From Escherichia coli (GTDB taxonomy: Bacteria; Pseudomonadota; Gammaproteobacteria; Enterobacterales; Enterobacteriaceae), in NCBI RefSeq assembly GCF_965641715.1, contig NZ_OZ282453.1: 64,000 nucleotides of DNA; one strand, given 5' to 3'. Both the position numbers and the translations under genes were made by a program. Of this stretch, positions 1 to 18,619 are shown piece after piece. Position 1 is the stretch's first letter. Every line of letters starts with the position of its first letter. The notes below the pieces were generated by a model that had not been told where the DNA came from, did not search any database, and saw nothing but the letters and a program-made list of their open reading frames with translations.

Positions 1-219
1 CTGCTGGAGTTCGATTACCACGAAGTTCGCACCAAGCGCGCCATTATTGATAACTCGCGCCACGTTATGCTGGTGGTCGATCACTCGAAATTTGGCCGTA
101 ACGCGATGGTCAATATGGGTAGCATCAGCATGGTAGATGCCGTCTACACCGACGCCCCGCCGCCAGTAAGCGTGATGCAGGTGCTGACGGACCACCATAT
201 TCAACTGGAGCTGTGCTGA
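1..219 (+). CDS. glpR: C-terminal fragment of DeoR-family repressor GlpR; 5' end lies outside the window
   Basis: Frame-1 translation from base 1 reads ...[72 protein letters not shown], ending at TGA 217-219. Position next to rtcR matches K-12 synteny. Confidence 0.75.
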   Translation: MLEFDYHEVRTKRAIIDNSRHVMLVVDHSKFGRNAMVNMGSISMVDAVYTDAPPPVSVMQVLTDHHIQLELC

Positions 220-1799
220 TCCTGCACGGCTTCCCACGTCAGACCAAAACGCGCCAGGTATTTGCGTAGCCGATCCGCGTCATTGACGCTGGCTTTGCCC
301 TGGCGCGAAACGTCAAAAAGCTGGCGTCCGGCTGCGGAAAGCGACTTTGCCTGGCGGCAGATTGCGATAACGTGTTCCAGTTGCATACGGTCGAAGAGAT
401 CGATGTTTTCTGCCTCTGCGCCCAGCAACGCCGTAAGCGCGGAGGGGCGGCTCTCCTGCCAGTTATAGCGCAGACGGTTTATCTCATCTTCAACCACGTC
501 CAGAGTAATGCGTCCGCTAGAGGCAAAGGTTGCCATTCGCGTGACGCTGGCAGAAAGCTCGCGAAAGTTACCGCGCCATGTTGCCTGGGGAGATGTCGCA
601 AAGGCCAGCCAGGCGCGCCGCGCTTCGGTGTTAAAACGCACGCTGTCGCCGGTGAGTGAAGCGTGGCGCTCCACTTCATAATCCAGGTTAGGTTCAATAT
701 CTTCCTGACGCTGGCGCAGCCCCGGCAGGGTGAAGGTCCAGAGATTGATCCGCGCGTATAGATCTTCGCGGAATTTGCCATCGGCAACCAGCTGGCGTAA
801 ATCGCGCACCGTTCCGGCGATGAGCTGAAAATCACTGCTCACCTGGCGATCGCTGCCAAACGGATAAAAGGTTTTTTCTTCAATGGCTTTAAGCAGCATT
901 GCCTGTTCGTCTGCGCCCAGTTCGCCAATCTCATCAAGAAACAACATTCCGCCGTTGGCGCTGCGTAATAATCCTTCACGAGATTCCCGCGCCCCGGTAA
1001 ACGCGCCTTTCACATGACCAAACAGCGTCGACATGGCGGTATCGCCGCGCAGGGTTGCGCAGTTCACTTCCACAAACGCGCCGCTAAACTGATGCCGCGC
1101 CTGTTTTAATTCAAATATACGTCGCGCCAGAAATGACTTGCCCGCACCGGTTGGGCCGTTTAGCAGGATCGGTGCGCGGGATTTAATCGCCACTTTTTCG
1201 ATCTGTTCAATCATGCGGTTGAAGTGCGGGTTACGCGTGGCAATGCCGGACTTAAGAAAATCAAGCGTTTGCTGGCGTTCCTCGGCAAAGCGGCTGGCGA
1301 TGGCGTTATAACGGCTTAAATCGAGATCGATAATCGTCACTTCACCTGGGCCGCGCGGCTGTTCTTTTTTGCGCGGAGGTGAAGATTGTATCAACCGGGC
1401 GGGCAGGTAACGCGCTTCCGCCAGCAGAAACCAGCAAATCTGCGCGACGTGGGTGCCGGTGGTGATGTGAATTAAATAGTCTTCTTTTTCTGGCTGAAAC
1501 TCGTAACCACGGGCGAAATCATGCAGGCAGGCGTAAACCTCTTCGAAATCCCACGGGTTATGCAGTTCAATCTCAACGCTCACCACTTCTGTTTCTGGCG
1601 AAACGCTGGCGATATCGCGTTTAAGCGTTTCAAATAGCGAGCGCGAGCGGGCGTCGTGCAATAATTCCAGTCGATCGATGACCAACGATTCTTGCTGGCA
1701 TAAACAGAGCGTCGGACGCCATTTTGACCAGCGCTGACTACCGCGCCCGGCATAATCCAGCACCGTTCCGACAAAGCCAAAAGCCACTTTTTTACGCAT
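201..1799 (-). CDS. rtcR: sigma54-dependent transcriptional activator RtcR (532 aa; CARF-like N-terminal domain, AAA+ core, C-terminal HTH)
   Basis: ORF 201..1967 contains the GAFTGA sigma54-contact motif and Walker-type AAA+ core. Start set at the internal Met of MRKKVAFGF (ATG complement at 1797-1799) to give 532 aa. Divergent from rtcB. Confidence 0.9.
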   Translation of the reverse strand: MRKKVAFGFVGTVLDYAGRGSQRWSKWRPTLCLCQQESLVIDRLELLHDARSRSLFETLKRDIASVSPETEVVSVEIELHNPWDFEEVYACLHDFARGYEFQPEKEDYLIHITTGTHVAQICWFLLAEARYLPARLIQSSPPRKKEQPRGPGEVTIIDLDLSRYNAIASRFAEERQQTLDFLKSGIATRNPHFNRMIEQIEKVAIKSRAPILLNGPTGAGKSFLARRIFELKQARHQFSGAFVEVNCATLRGDTAMSTLFGHVKGAFTGARESREGLLRSANGGMLFLDEIGELGADEQAMLLKAIEEKTFYPFGSDRQVSSDFQLIAGTVRDLRQLVADGKFREDLYARINLWTFTLPGLRQRQEDIEPNLDYEVERHASLTGDSVRFNTEARRAWLAFATSPQATWRGNFRELSASVTRMATFASSGRITLDVVEDEINRLRYNWQESRPSALTALLGAEAENIDLFDRMQLEHVIAICRQAKSLSAAGRQLFDVSRQGKASVNDADRLRKYLARFGLTWEAVQDQHSSS

Positions 1800-1933
1800 C
1801 TTAGATATCCTTATAAAAGACGATATTTCATTATCGGTAAATCGGCTTTGCGGGAAATCTCCGGTTACGGACGTAAAGATATAATCTTTTTTAAAACAAT
1901 GAATTAAAAAATTAATCTGCTTATTTAATTTTC

Positions 1934-1949
1934 TGGCACGACGGTTGCA
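1934..1949 (+). promoter_or_regulatory. sigma54 (-24/-12) promoter of the rtcBA operon
   Basis: TGGCAC-N5-TTGCA (tggcacgacggttgca) with GG at 1935-1936 and GC at 1947-1948, about 37 bp upstream of the rtcB ATG and facing it. Matches the sigma54 consensus exactly. Confidence 0.8.
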
Positions 1950-1985
1950 ATTATCAGGACATACCAACGAAAAGAGAAAAACAAA

Positions 1986-3212
1986 ATGAATTACGAATTA
2001 CTGACCACTGAAAATGCCCCGGTAAAAATGTGGACCAAAGGCGTGCCGGTAGAAGCCGATGCGCGTCAGCAACTTATTAATACGGCGAAGATGCCGTTTA
2101 TTTTCAAACATATTGCGGTAATGCCTGATGTACACTTGGGTAAAGGTTCCACCATTGGTAGCGTGATCCCGACCAAAGGGGCGATTATTCCGGCGGCGGT
2201 GGGCGTGGATATTGGCTGTGGAATGAACGCGCTGCGTACCGCGTTAACGGCGGCAGATCTGCCTGAAAACCTGGCGGAGCTGCGTCAGGCGATTGAAACT
2301 GCGGTGCCGCACGGGCGTACCACTGGCCGTTGTAAACGTGATAAAGGCGCATGGGAAAACCCGCCTGTTAACGTCGATGCGAAATGGGCTGAGCTGGAGG
2401 CCGGTTATCAGTGGTTAACGCAAAAATATCCGCGTTTCCTTAACACTAACAACTATAAACACCTGGGAACGCTGGGAACGGGTAACCACTTTATTGAAAT
2501 CTGCCTTGATGGGTCGGACCTGGTGTGGATTATGCTGCACTCCGGTTCACGCGGAATTGGTAACGCCATCGGGACTTACTTTATCGATCTGGCGCAAAAA
2601 GAGATGCAGGAAACGCTTGAAACATTGCCGTCGCGTGATCTGGCGTACTTTATGGAAGGTACGGAATACTTTGATGATTACCTGAAAGCCGTGGCCTGGG
2701 CGCAGCTTTTTGCCAGCCTTAACCGCGATGTGATGATGGAAAACGTAGTAACGGCGTTGCAGAGCATTACGCAGAAAACGGTCAGACAGCCACAAACGCT
2801 GGCGATGGAAGAGATCAACTGTCACCACAACTATGTGCAAAAAGAACAGCACTTTGGTGAAGAGATCTACGTGACGCGTAAAGGCGCGGTGTCTGCGCGT
2901 GCTGGTCAATATGGAATTATTCCAGGGTCGATGGGAGCGAAAAGCTTTATCGTCCGTGGGCTGGGAAATGAAGAGTCGTTCTGTTCATGCAGCCACGGTG
3001 CCGGGCGGGTAATGAGCCGTACTAAAGCGAAAAAACTGTTCAGCGTGGAAGATCAAATTCGTGCCACCGCGCATGTGGAATGCCGTAAAGATGCCGAAGT
3101 GATCGACGAAATCCCGATGGCGTATAAAGATATTGATGCGGTGATGGCGGCACAAAGCGATCTGGTGGAAGTTATCTATACCCTGCGTCAGGTGGTGTGC
3201 GTAAAAGGATAA
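1986..3212 (+). CDS. rtcB: RNA-splicing ligase RtcB (408 aa)
   Basis: ORF 1986..3212 begins MNYELLTTENAPVKMWTKGVPVEADARQQLIN, with His/Cys metal-ligand pattern typical of RtcB. Stop codon directly abuts the rtcA start. Confidence 0.95.
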   Translation: MNYELLTTENAPVKMWTKGVPVEADARQQLINTAKMPFIFKHIAVMPDVHLGKGSTIGSVIPTKGAIIPAAVGVDIGCGMNALRTALTAADLPENLAELRQAIETAVPHGRTTGRCKRDKGAWENPPVNVDAKWAELEAGYQWLTQKYPRFLNTNNYKHLGTLGTGNHFIEICLDGSDLVWIMLHSGSRGIGNAIGTYFIDLAQKEMQETLETLPSRDLAYFMEGTEYFDDYLKAVAWAQLFASLNRDVMMENVVTALQSITQKTVRQPQTLAMEEINCHHNYVQKEQHFGEEIYVTRKGAVSARAGQYGIIPGSMGAKSFIVRGLGNEESFCSCSHGAGRVMSRTKAKKLFSVEDQIRATAHVECRKDAEVIDEIPMAYKDIDAVMAAQSDLVEVIYTLRQVVCVKG

Positions 3213-5578
<2,366 letters not shown>

Positions 5579-5594
5579 TGATATAAAGATGTAA

Positions 5595-5618
5595 GCCGGA
5601 TCCAATGCATTATCCGGC
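5595..5618. terminator. Hairpin between the convergent 3' ends of rtcA and malT
   Basis: gccggat-ccaatgcatt-atccggc, 7-bp stem, sits between the rtcA stop (5581) and malT stop (5624). No strong U-tract, so it may be a REP-like stabiliser rather than an intrinsic terminator. Confidence 0.35.
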
Positions 5619-5623
5619 TAAAC

Positions 5624-8335
<2,712 letters not shown>

Positions 8336-8825
8336 TCACTTCACTGTGGAAAATGAGGAAATATTATTTTTTTTGCGCTTCGTAATTAATGGTTATAAGG
8401 TCGGCCAGAAACCTTTCTAATGCAAGCGATGACGTTTTTTTATGTGTCTGAATTTGCACTGTGTCACAATTCCAAATCTTTATTAACAACTCACCTAAAA
8501 CGACGCTGATCCAGCGTGAATACTGGTTTTCCTTATGTTCATCAGTTTCATTTAAGCAAGGGTTTGTGCTCCATTCCTGATGAAAGTGCTATCTAAAAAG
8601 ATGATCTTAATAAATCTATTAAGAATGAGATGGAGCACACTGGATATTTTACTTGTGAAACTGTTTCACTCCTTTACTTAATTTATAGAGTTACCTTCCG
8701 CTTTTTGAAAATACGCAACGGCCATTTTTTGCACTTAGATACAGATTTTCTGCGCTGTATGGCATTGATTTGCTGCTAATCCTGTGGTTTGCACTAGCTT
8801 TAAGTGGTCGAGATCACATTTCCTT

Positions 8826-8871
8826 GCTCATCCCCGCAACTCCTCCCTGCCTAATCCCCCGCAGGATGAGG
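8826..8871 (+). promoter_or_regulatory. malP promoter region with MalT boxes
   Basis: MalT-box-like hexamers GGA(T/G)GA: inverted GGGGATGAG at 8827-8835, inverted GGGAGGAG around 8841-8848, forward GGATGAGG at 8864-8871. They lie 70-115 bp upstream of the malP ATG. Confidence 0.6.
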
Positions 8872-8916
8872 AAGGTCAACATCGAGCCTGGCAAACTAGC
8901 GATAACGTTGTGTTGA

Positions 8917-11334
<2,418 letters not shown>

Positions 11335-11343
11335 GGAAGCTCG

Positions 11344-13428
11344 ATGGAAAGCAAACGTCTGGATAATGCCGCGCTGGCGGCGGGGATTAGCCCCAATTAC
11401 ATCAATGCCCACGGTAAACCGCAGTCGATTAGCGCCGAAACCAAACGGCGTTTGCTTGACGCGATGCATCAACGTACCGCCACGAAAGTGGCGGTAACGC
11501 CAGTCCCGAATGTCATGGTTTATACCAGCGGCAAAAAAATGCCGATGGTGGTGGAGGGCAGCGGCGAATATAGCTGGCTGCTGACCACCGAAGAAGGAAC
11601 GCAGTACAAAGGCCATGTAACGGGGGGCAAAGCGTTCAATCTACCGACGAAGCTGCCGGAAGGTTATCACACGCTGACGCTTACCCAGGAAGACCAGCGC
11701 GCGCATTGCAGGGTGATTGTCGCCCCGAAACGCTGTTACGAACCGCAGGCGTTGCTGAATAAACAAAAGCTGTGGGGTGCCTGCGTCCAGCTTTATACGC
11801 TGCGATCGGAAAAAAACTGGGGTATTGGGGATTTTGGCGATCTCAAAGCGATGCTGGTGGATGTGGCAAAACGTGGCGGGTCGTTCATTGGCCTGAACCC
11901 GATTCATGCGCTCTATCCGGCAAATCCGGAGAGCGCCAGCCCATACAGCCCGTCTTCTCGCCGCTGGCTGAATGTGATTTATATCGACGTTAACGCCGTC
12001 GAAGATTTCCATCTTAGCGAAGAGGCTCAGGCCTGGTGGCAGTTGCCGACCACGCAACAGACGCTGCAACAGGCGCGGGATGCCGACTGGGTCGATTACT
12101 CCACGGTTACCGCCCTAAAAATGACAGCATTACGAATGGCGTGGAAAGGTTTCGCGCAACGTGATGATGAGCAGATGGCCGCGTTTCGCCAGTTTGTTGC
12201 AGATCAAGGCGACAGCCTGTTCTGGCAGGCAGCCTTTGATGCGCTACATGCCCAGCAAGTGAAAGAGGACGAAATGCGCTGGGGCTGGCCTGCATGGCCA
12301 GAGATGTATAAGAACGTGGATTCACCAGAAGTGCGTCAGTTCTGCGAAGAACATCGCGATGACGTTGATTTTTATCTCTGGTTGCAGTGGCTGGCTTACA
12401 GCCAGTTTGCCGCCTGCTGGGAGATAAGCCAGGGCTATGAAATGCCGATTGGCTTGTATCGTGATCTGGCGGTTGGCGTAGCGGAAGGTGGGGCGGAAAC
12501 CTGGTGCGACCGTGAACTGTATTGCCTGAAAGCGTCGGTTGGCGCGCCGCCGGATATCCTCGGCCCGTTGGGGCAGAACTGGGGATTGCCGCCAATGGAC
12601 CCGCATATCATCACCGCGCGTGCCTATGAACCGTTTATCGAGCTGTTGCGTGCCAATATGCAAAACTGCGGCGCATTACGAATTGACCATGTGATGTCGA
12701 TGCTGCGTTTGTGGTGGATACCGTATGGCGAGACGGCAGATCAGGGCGCGTATGTTCACTATCCGGTGGATGATCTGCTCTCGATTCTGGCACTCGAAAG
12801 TAAACGTCATCGCTGTATGGTGATTGGTGAAGATCTCGGTACCGTACCGGTAGAGATTGTCGGTAAGCTGCGCAGCAGCGGTGTGTACTCCTACAAAGTG
12901 CTCTATTTCGAAAACGACCACGAGAAGACGTTCCGTGCACCGAAAGCGTACCCGGAGCAGTCGATGGCGGTTGCGGCGACACACGACCTGCCAACGCTGC
13001 GTGGTTACTGGGAGAGCGGGGATCTAACTCTGGGCAAAACCCTGGGGCTGTATCCGGATGAAGTGGTACTGCGCGGTCTGTATCAGGATCGCGAACTGGC
13101 GAAGCAAGGGCTGCTGGATGCACTGCATAAATATGGTTGTCTGCCAAAACGTGCCGGGCATAAGGCATCGTTGATGTCGATGACGCCGACGCTGAACCGT
13201 GGTTTGCAGCGCTACATTGCCGACAGTAACAGTGCTCTGTTAGGACTACAGCCGGAAGACTGGCTGGATATGGCCGAACCGGTGAATATTCCTGGCACCA
13301 GTTACCAGTATAAAAACTGGCGACGCAAGCTTTCCGCAACGCTTGAGACGATGTTTGCCGATGATGGCGTGAACAAGTTGCTGAAGGATTTGGACAGACG
13401 GCGCAGAGCTGCAGCGAAGAAGAAGTAG
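11344..13428 (+). CDS. malQ: 4-alpha-glucanotransferase (amylomaltase) MalQ (694 aa)
   Basis: ORF begins MESKRLDNAALAAGISPNYINAHGKPQ, directly downstream of malP in the same orientation (9-bp gap). Length matches MalQ. Confidence 0.95.
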   Translation: MESKRLDNAALAAGISPNYINAHGKPQSISAETKRRLLDAMHQRTATKVAVTPVPNVMVYTSGKKMPMVVEGSGEYSWLLTTEEGTQYKGHVTGGKAFNLPTKLPEGYHTLTLTQEDQRAHCRVIVAPKRCYEPQALLNKQKLWGACVQLYTLRSEKNWGIGDFGDLKAMLVDVAKRGGSFIGLNPIHALYPANPESASPYSPSSRRWLNVIYIDVNAVEDFHLSEEAQAWWQLPTTQQTLQQARDADWVDYSTVTALKMTALRMAWKGFAQRDDEQMAAFRQFVADQGDSLFWQAAFDALHAQQVKEDEMRWGWPAWPEMYKNVDSPEVRQFCEEHRDDVDFYLWLQWLAYSQFAACWEISQGYEMPIGLYRDLAVGVAEGGAETWCDRELYCLKASVGAPPDILGPLGQNWGLPPMDPHIITARAYEPFIELLRANMQNCGALRIDHVMSMLRLWWIPYGETADQGAYVHYPVDDLLSILALESKRHRCMVIGEDLGTVPVEIVGKLRSSGVYSYKVLYFENDHEKTFRAPKAYPEQSMAVAATHDLPTLRGYWESGDLTLGKTLGLYPDEVVLRGLYQDRELAKQGLLDALHKYGCLPKRAGHKASLMSMTPTLNRGLQRYIADSNSALLGLQPEDWLDMAEPVNIPGTSYQYKNWRRKLSATLETMFADDGVNKLLKDLDRRRRAAAKKK

Positions 13429-13440
13429 AGTGCGGTTGAT

Positions 13441-13461
13441 GCCGGATGCGATGCATCCGGC
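13441..13461. repeat. REP-like perfect hairpin between convergent malQ and gntT
   Basis: gccggatgc-gat-gcatccggc, 9-bp perfect stem with 3-nt loop, no adjacent T-tract. Confidence 0.5.
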
Positions 13462-13472
13462 AGTCAGTGTTA

Positions 13473-14789
13473 TCAAATCACCATATTCAGCAGCAGACAG
13501 CCTACCAGACCGCACACCGAGATAATGGTTTCCAGCATCGACCAGGATTTGATGGTCTCGCCGATAGTCAGGTTAAAGTACTCTTTGAACAGCCAGAAGC
13601 CCGGATCGTTCACATGAGAGAAAATCACACTACCGGAACCAACCGCAATAACCATCAGCTCCGGGCTAACACCCGTCGTTGCAATCAGCGGTGCCGCGAT
13701 ACCACCCGCAGTGATTGCCGCAACGGTTGCGGAACCCAGCGCGATACGCAGTACGGCAGCAATCGACCAGGCCATCAGCAGCGGAGAAATGTTGGTTTCG
13801 TGCATCATGGAAGCAATGTATTTGTCCACGACGCTGTCTACCAGCACCTGCTTGAACGCACCGCCACCACCGATGATCAACAGCATCATCGCAATGATTT
13901 TGATGGAAGAAACCAGCGTGTCGTTAATCTGATCCATTGAACGACCACGGTTTAGACCAAAGGTGAACATCGCAATCAGCACGGCAATCAGCGTAGCCAT
14001 TACCGGGTCACCGAGGAACTCCGCTACCGGCAGGAAAGCGTGACCTTTCGGCAGGATCATTTCGGCAATCGCACGCATCGCCATCAGTACTACCGGCACC
14101 AGAGAGGTCCAGACGCTGACGCCAAAGCTCGGCATCTCTTCTTCGCTGAAGGTTTTCGCGCTGTAGAGACCTTCCGGAATTGGCTTATCGATACCTTTCA
14201 ACACGCGAGCGTAAACCGGACCGGCGAGAATCACGGTCGGGATTGCCAGAATAGTACCGTACAGCAGGGTTTTACCCATATCGGCATTGAAAATGGTGGC
14301 AATCGCAGTCGGACCCGGATGCGGTGGCAGGAAGCCGTGGGTCACAGACAGTGCAGCCGCCATTGGTACACCAACATACAGCAGTGGAATATTCGCAGAA
14401 GCCGCGATGGTAAACACCAGCGGCAGCATCAGCACAAAGCCCACTTCATAGAACAGGGCAAAACCAACGGTAAAACCGGTCAGTACCACCGCCCACTGGA
14501 TGTGTTTTTTACCAAATTTGGCAATCAGCGTGGTGGCGATACGTTGTGCGCCACCGCAGTCTGCCAGCATTTTGCCCAGCATTGCGCCAAAACCCATGAT
14601 CAGGGCAAGGCTACCGAGCGTCCCGCCGACACCGGCTTTGATGGAGCCAATAACTTTATCCAGCGGCATTCCTTGCATTAATCCAACAGCAAGCGCCACG
14701 AGGACGAGAGCGATGAAGCCGTTCATTTTGAAGCGGATCATCAGGAGCAACAACAAGATTACACCGATAGCAACAATGACTAATGGCAT
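13473..14789 (-). CDS. gntT: High-affinity gluconate:H+ symporter GntT (438 aa)
   Basis: ORF begins MPLVIVAIGVILLLLLMIRFKMNGFIALVLVALAVGLMQG; polytopic GntP-family membrane protein. Confidence 0.95.
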   Translation of the reverse strand: MPLVIVAIGVILLLLLMIRFKMNGFIALVLVALAVGLMQGMPLDKVIGSIKAGVGGTLGSLALIMGFGAMLGKMLADCGGAQRIATTLIAKFGKKHIQWAVVLTGFTVGFALFYEVGFVLMLPLVFTIAASANIPLLYVGVPMAAALSVTHGFLPPHPGPTAIATIFNADMGKTLLYGTILAIPTVILAGPVYARVLKGIDKPIPEGLYSAKTFSEEEMPSFGVSVWTSLVPVVLMAMRAIAEMILPKGHAFLPVAEFLGDPVMATLIAVLIAMFTFGLNRGRSMDQINDTLVSSIKIIAMMLLIIGGGGAFKQVLVDSVVDKYIASMMHETNISPLLMAWSIAAVLRIALGSATVAAITAGGIAAPLIATTGVSPELMVIAVGSGSVIFSHVNDPGFWLFKEYFNLTIGETIKSWSMLETIISVCGLVGCLLLNMVI

Positions 14790-14808
14790 GATTTACCTGG
14801 CCTTTCAT

Positions 14809-14824
14809 TTGTTATGGGTAACGT
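14809..14824 (-). promoter_or_regulatory. Putative GntR operator 1 (gntT leader)
   Basis: TTGTTA-TGGG-TAACGT resembles the palindromic GntR operator ATGTTA-N4-TAACAT (2 mismatches). Lies 20-35 bp upstream of the gntT start. Confidence 0.5.
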
Positions 14825-14949
14825 CAATTTTCTGACGACAAACTCTAATTATCCCAATCGGGAACAGAGATATTGCGGCACCACGACTGATACCCACTAA
14901 AACTAATTATTGTAGTCAGATGTCAGGAGTATGTTTGGTACCCATGTGA

Positions 14950-14965
14950 ATGATACGGGTAACAT
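14950..14965 (-). promoter_or_regulatory. Putative GntR operator 2 (gntT promoter)
   Basis: Reverse complement reads ATGTTA-CCCG-TATCAT, one mismatch from ATGTTA-N4-TAACAT. Confidence 0.5.
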
Positions 14966-15093
14966 CTGGCGTTTGAGAATCACCAGAGCGGGGTAAATTT
15001 AAATTATGAGAGGTTGGTCATATTATCGCGGGGAAACGAAGGGAGGGATTTGCCAAAGCAATGCTGCGCCAACGTCTGGCACATGTTCAACGT

Positions 15094-15149
<56 letters not shown>

Positions 15150-15725
15150 TTAGTAGTAGGAGTGTTCGCCGCGCTGGTGTTCGGTGAGATCGCGCACACC
15201 TTTCAGCTCCGGGAATTCGTTTAGCAGCTGCTTCTCGATCCCTTCTTTCAGCGTCACATCGACCATGGAACAACCGTTACAGCCGCCGCCAAATTGCAGA
15301 ATGGCGTAACCGTCTTCGGTGATTTCCATCAGCGAAACGCGACCACCGTGACCAGCAAGTTGCGGGTTGATCTGCGACTGCAGCATATACTCCACACGCT
15401 CCATCAGCGGTGCATCGTCTGCCACTTTACGCATTTTGGCGTTCGGGGCTTTCAGCGTTAACTGGGAACCCAACTGGTCGGTAACAAAATCGATCTCTGC
15501 ATCTTCCAGGTATGGTGCGCTTAACTCATCAACATACGCGGTCAGCAGGTCAAATTTCAGGGCGGTGTCGGTGGCTTCCACGGCATCCGGCGGACAATAA
15601 GAAACACCACATTCAGCGTTAGGCGTGCCAGGGTTAATCACAAATACGCGGATTTGTGTCCCTTCTTCCTGATTTGCCAGCAGTTTGGCAAAGTGCGCTT
15701 GTGCAGCATCGGAAATACGGATCAT
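15150..15725 (-). CDS. nfuA: Fe/S cluster carrier protein NfuA (191 aa)
   Basis: ORF begins [33 protein letters not shown] and ends with the Nfu-type CXXC motif ([17 protein letters not shown]). Confidence 0.95.
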
Positions 15726-15783
15726 AGTAATGGCCTAATAGTTGACTATTTTAGTTGGTTATAATACGCCCATCATCGAGGCT

Positions 15784-17275
<1,492 letters not shown>

Positions 17276-17301
17276 GCACTTTTGAATGGCGAGACAGAAC
17301 T

Positions 17302-18180
17302 TTACTGGCTCGCCGCAGCCAATTCTTCCTCTGACAGCCCGGTAAAGCGCATGATGTCTGCAAGAGGGACTCCGGATTCAAGCATTATTTTGGCTATATG
17401 CAGGGCTTTGGATTGTTCCCCCTCCTGCCGCAATCTTTCCGCAATAGTCATTAAACTCTCCTTGTGTATCGGTGATCGTTCGGCAACGCCGTCGATAAAA
17501 TCGTTAAAACGTACCGCATCGCCGGTTTGCAGTATGTAATTAAACAGCCCTTTGATTTGTCTGTCATTAGCGTATCCACTACTTAATAAGCAGGCCATTT
17601 GCTCTACCAGCCCCATCAGGTCGCGTTGACGAATATGTTTTTGAATTAACTCCAGCAGCGCCATACGTCGGTGCTGCATGATTTCATCATCAGGCATGAC
17701 GGTGACATCAATCAGCGGAAATGCAGAGGCATAAAGCTGCCTTGCCAGGTTGGGATCGGCGAAACGATCCAGCCAACACAGCGAATAGGGATAGGGGCTT
17801 TCAATACCGTGATAAAACAACAATGGCACCACCATCGGCAACGTTTTGTATCCGGCATCAAGGTGATTTTGCATTGCGGCAATGGCGTAACGCATCATGC
17901 GGAATGCGATCAGTTTGTTTGAGGTGCTTTGATGTTCAATCAGACAATAGATGTATCCTGGTCCTTGTTCTGTTTTCACCGACCACAGCACATCGGAATA
18001 GCTTTCACGCAGATCGTCATCAATAAAGCTGCTCGACTCCAGCTTGAGGGTTTTCATATCACAGAGCGCGTGAATGGGTGCCGGTAAATGAAACGCAAGA
18101 AAATCGCGTGCCGTGTCCGGTTGGCGTAAAAAGAGTTTGAACAGCGCATCGTGTGGGGTGGAACTCTGCTTTTTGCTCAT
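17302..18180 (-). CDS. rpnA: Transposase_31-family recombination-promoting nuclease RpnA/YhgA (292 aa)
   Basis: ORF begins [33 protein letters not shown], the conserved N-terminus of YhgA-like (Rpn) proteins. Confidence 0.85.
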   Translation of the reverse strand: MSKKQSSTPHDALFKLFLRQPDTARDFLAFHLPAPIHALCDMKTLKLESSSFIDDDLRESYSDVLWSVKTEQGPGYIYCLIEHQSTSNKLIAFRMMRYAIAAMQNHLDAGYKTLPMVVPLLFYHGIESPYPYSLCWLDRFADPNLARQLYASAFPLIDVTVMPDDEIMQHRRMALLELIQKHIRQRDLMGLVEQMACLLSSGYANDRQIKGLFNYILQTGDAVRFNDFIDGVAERSPIHKESLMTIAERLRQEGEQSKALHIAKIMLESGVPLADIMRFTGLSEEELAAASQ

Positions 18181-18325
18181 GGCGTTCCTTCACCTGTTGT
18201 TTGAATGCCGCGACTCTACGCGCCACTCCACACCTGTGCATTAGCCAGTTTTCATCCCTGCGAGACGCTTTCAGAGGAACTTACGTCGCGCTGCAAGAAT
18301 TGCATTTTTATGGAAAGCCGCACGC

Positions 18326-18360
18326 AAAAAAGCCCGGATGCAAACGCATACCGGGCTTTT
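18326..18360 (-). terminator. Rho-independent terminator downstream of feoABC
   Basis: GC-rich hairpin gcccgg..ccgggc (18332-18356) flanked by A-run on one side and T-run on the other. On the minus-strand transcript the stem is followed by UUUUUU. Confidence 0.75.
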
Positions 18361-18382
18361 CAAAACAGGCGATGGAGTATGG

Positions 18383-18619
18383 TTAACGCAGCGCCCACCA
18401 CTCGCGCAGACAGGCTTTTCCTTCCGGACAGCTTTTACAACTGCCGGAGAGGCAGCCGTCAGGTTCTTCCTGAATCCGCACGGCTTTGCCCATGCTTTCC
18501 AGCTGTTGCAGCATGGCGTTAATCATTGGCTGCGGAGTGTTCAATGTCTGGCTTATCTGGGCCGCTTCCATACGGCCCCGTAACGCCAGCAAATCACGTA
18601 CCTGAATAAGTGAAGCCAT
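18383..18619 (-). CDS. feoC: Ferrous-iron transport regulator-like protein FeoC (78 aa)
   Basis: [50 protein letters not shown] with C-terminal Cys cluster; 1-bp overlap with the feoB stop. Confidence 0.9.
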   Translation of the reverse strand: MASLIQVRDLLALRGRMEAAQISQTLNTPQPMINAMLQQLESMGKAVRIQEEPDGCLSGSCKSCPEGKACLREWWALR

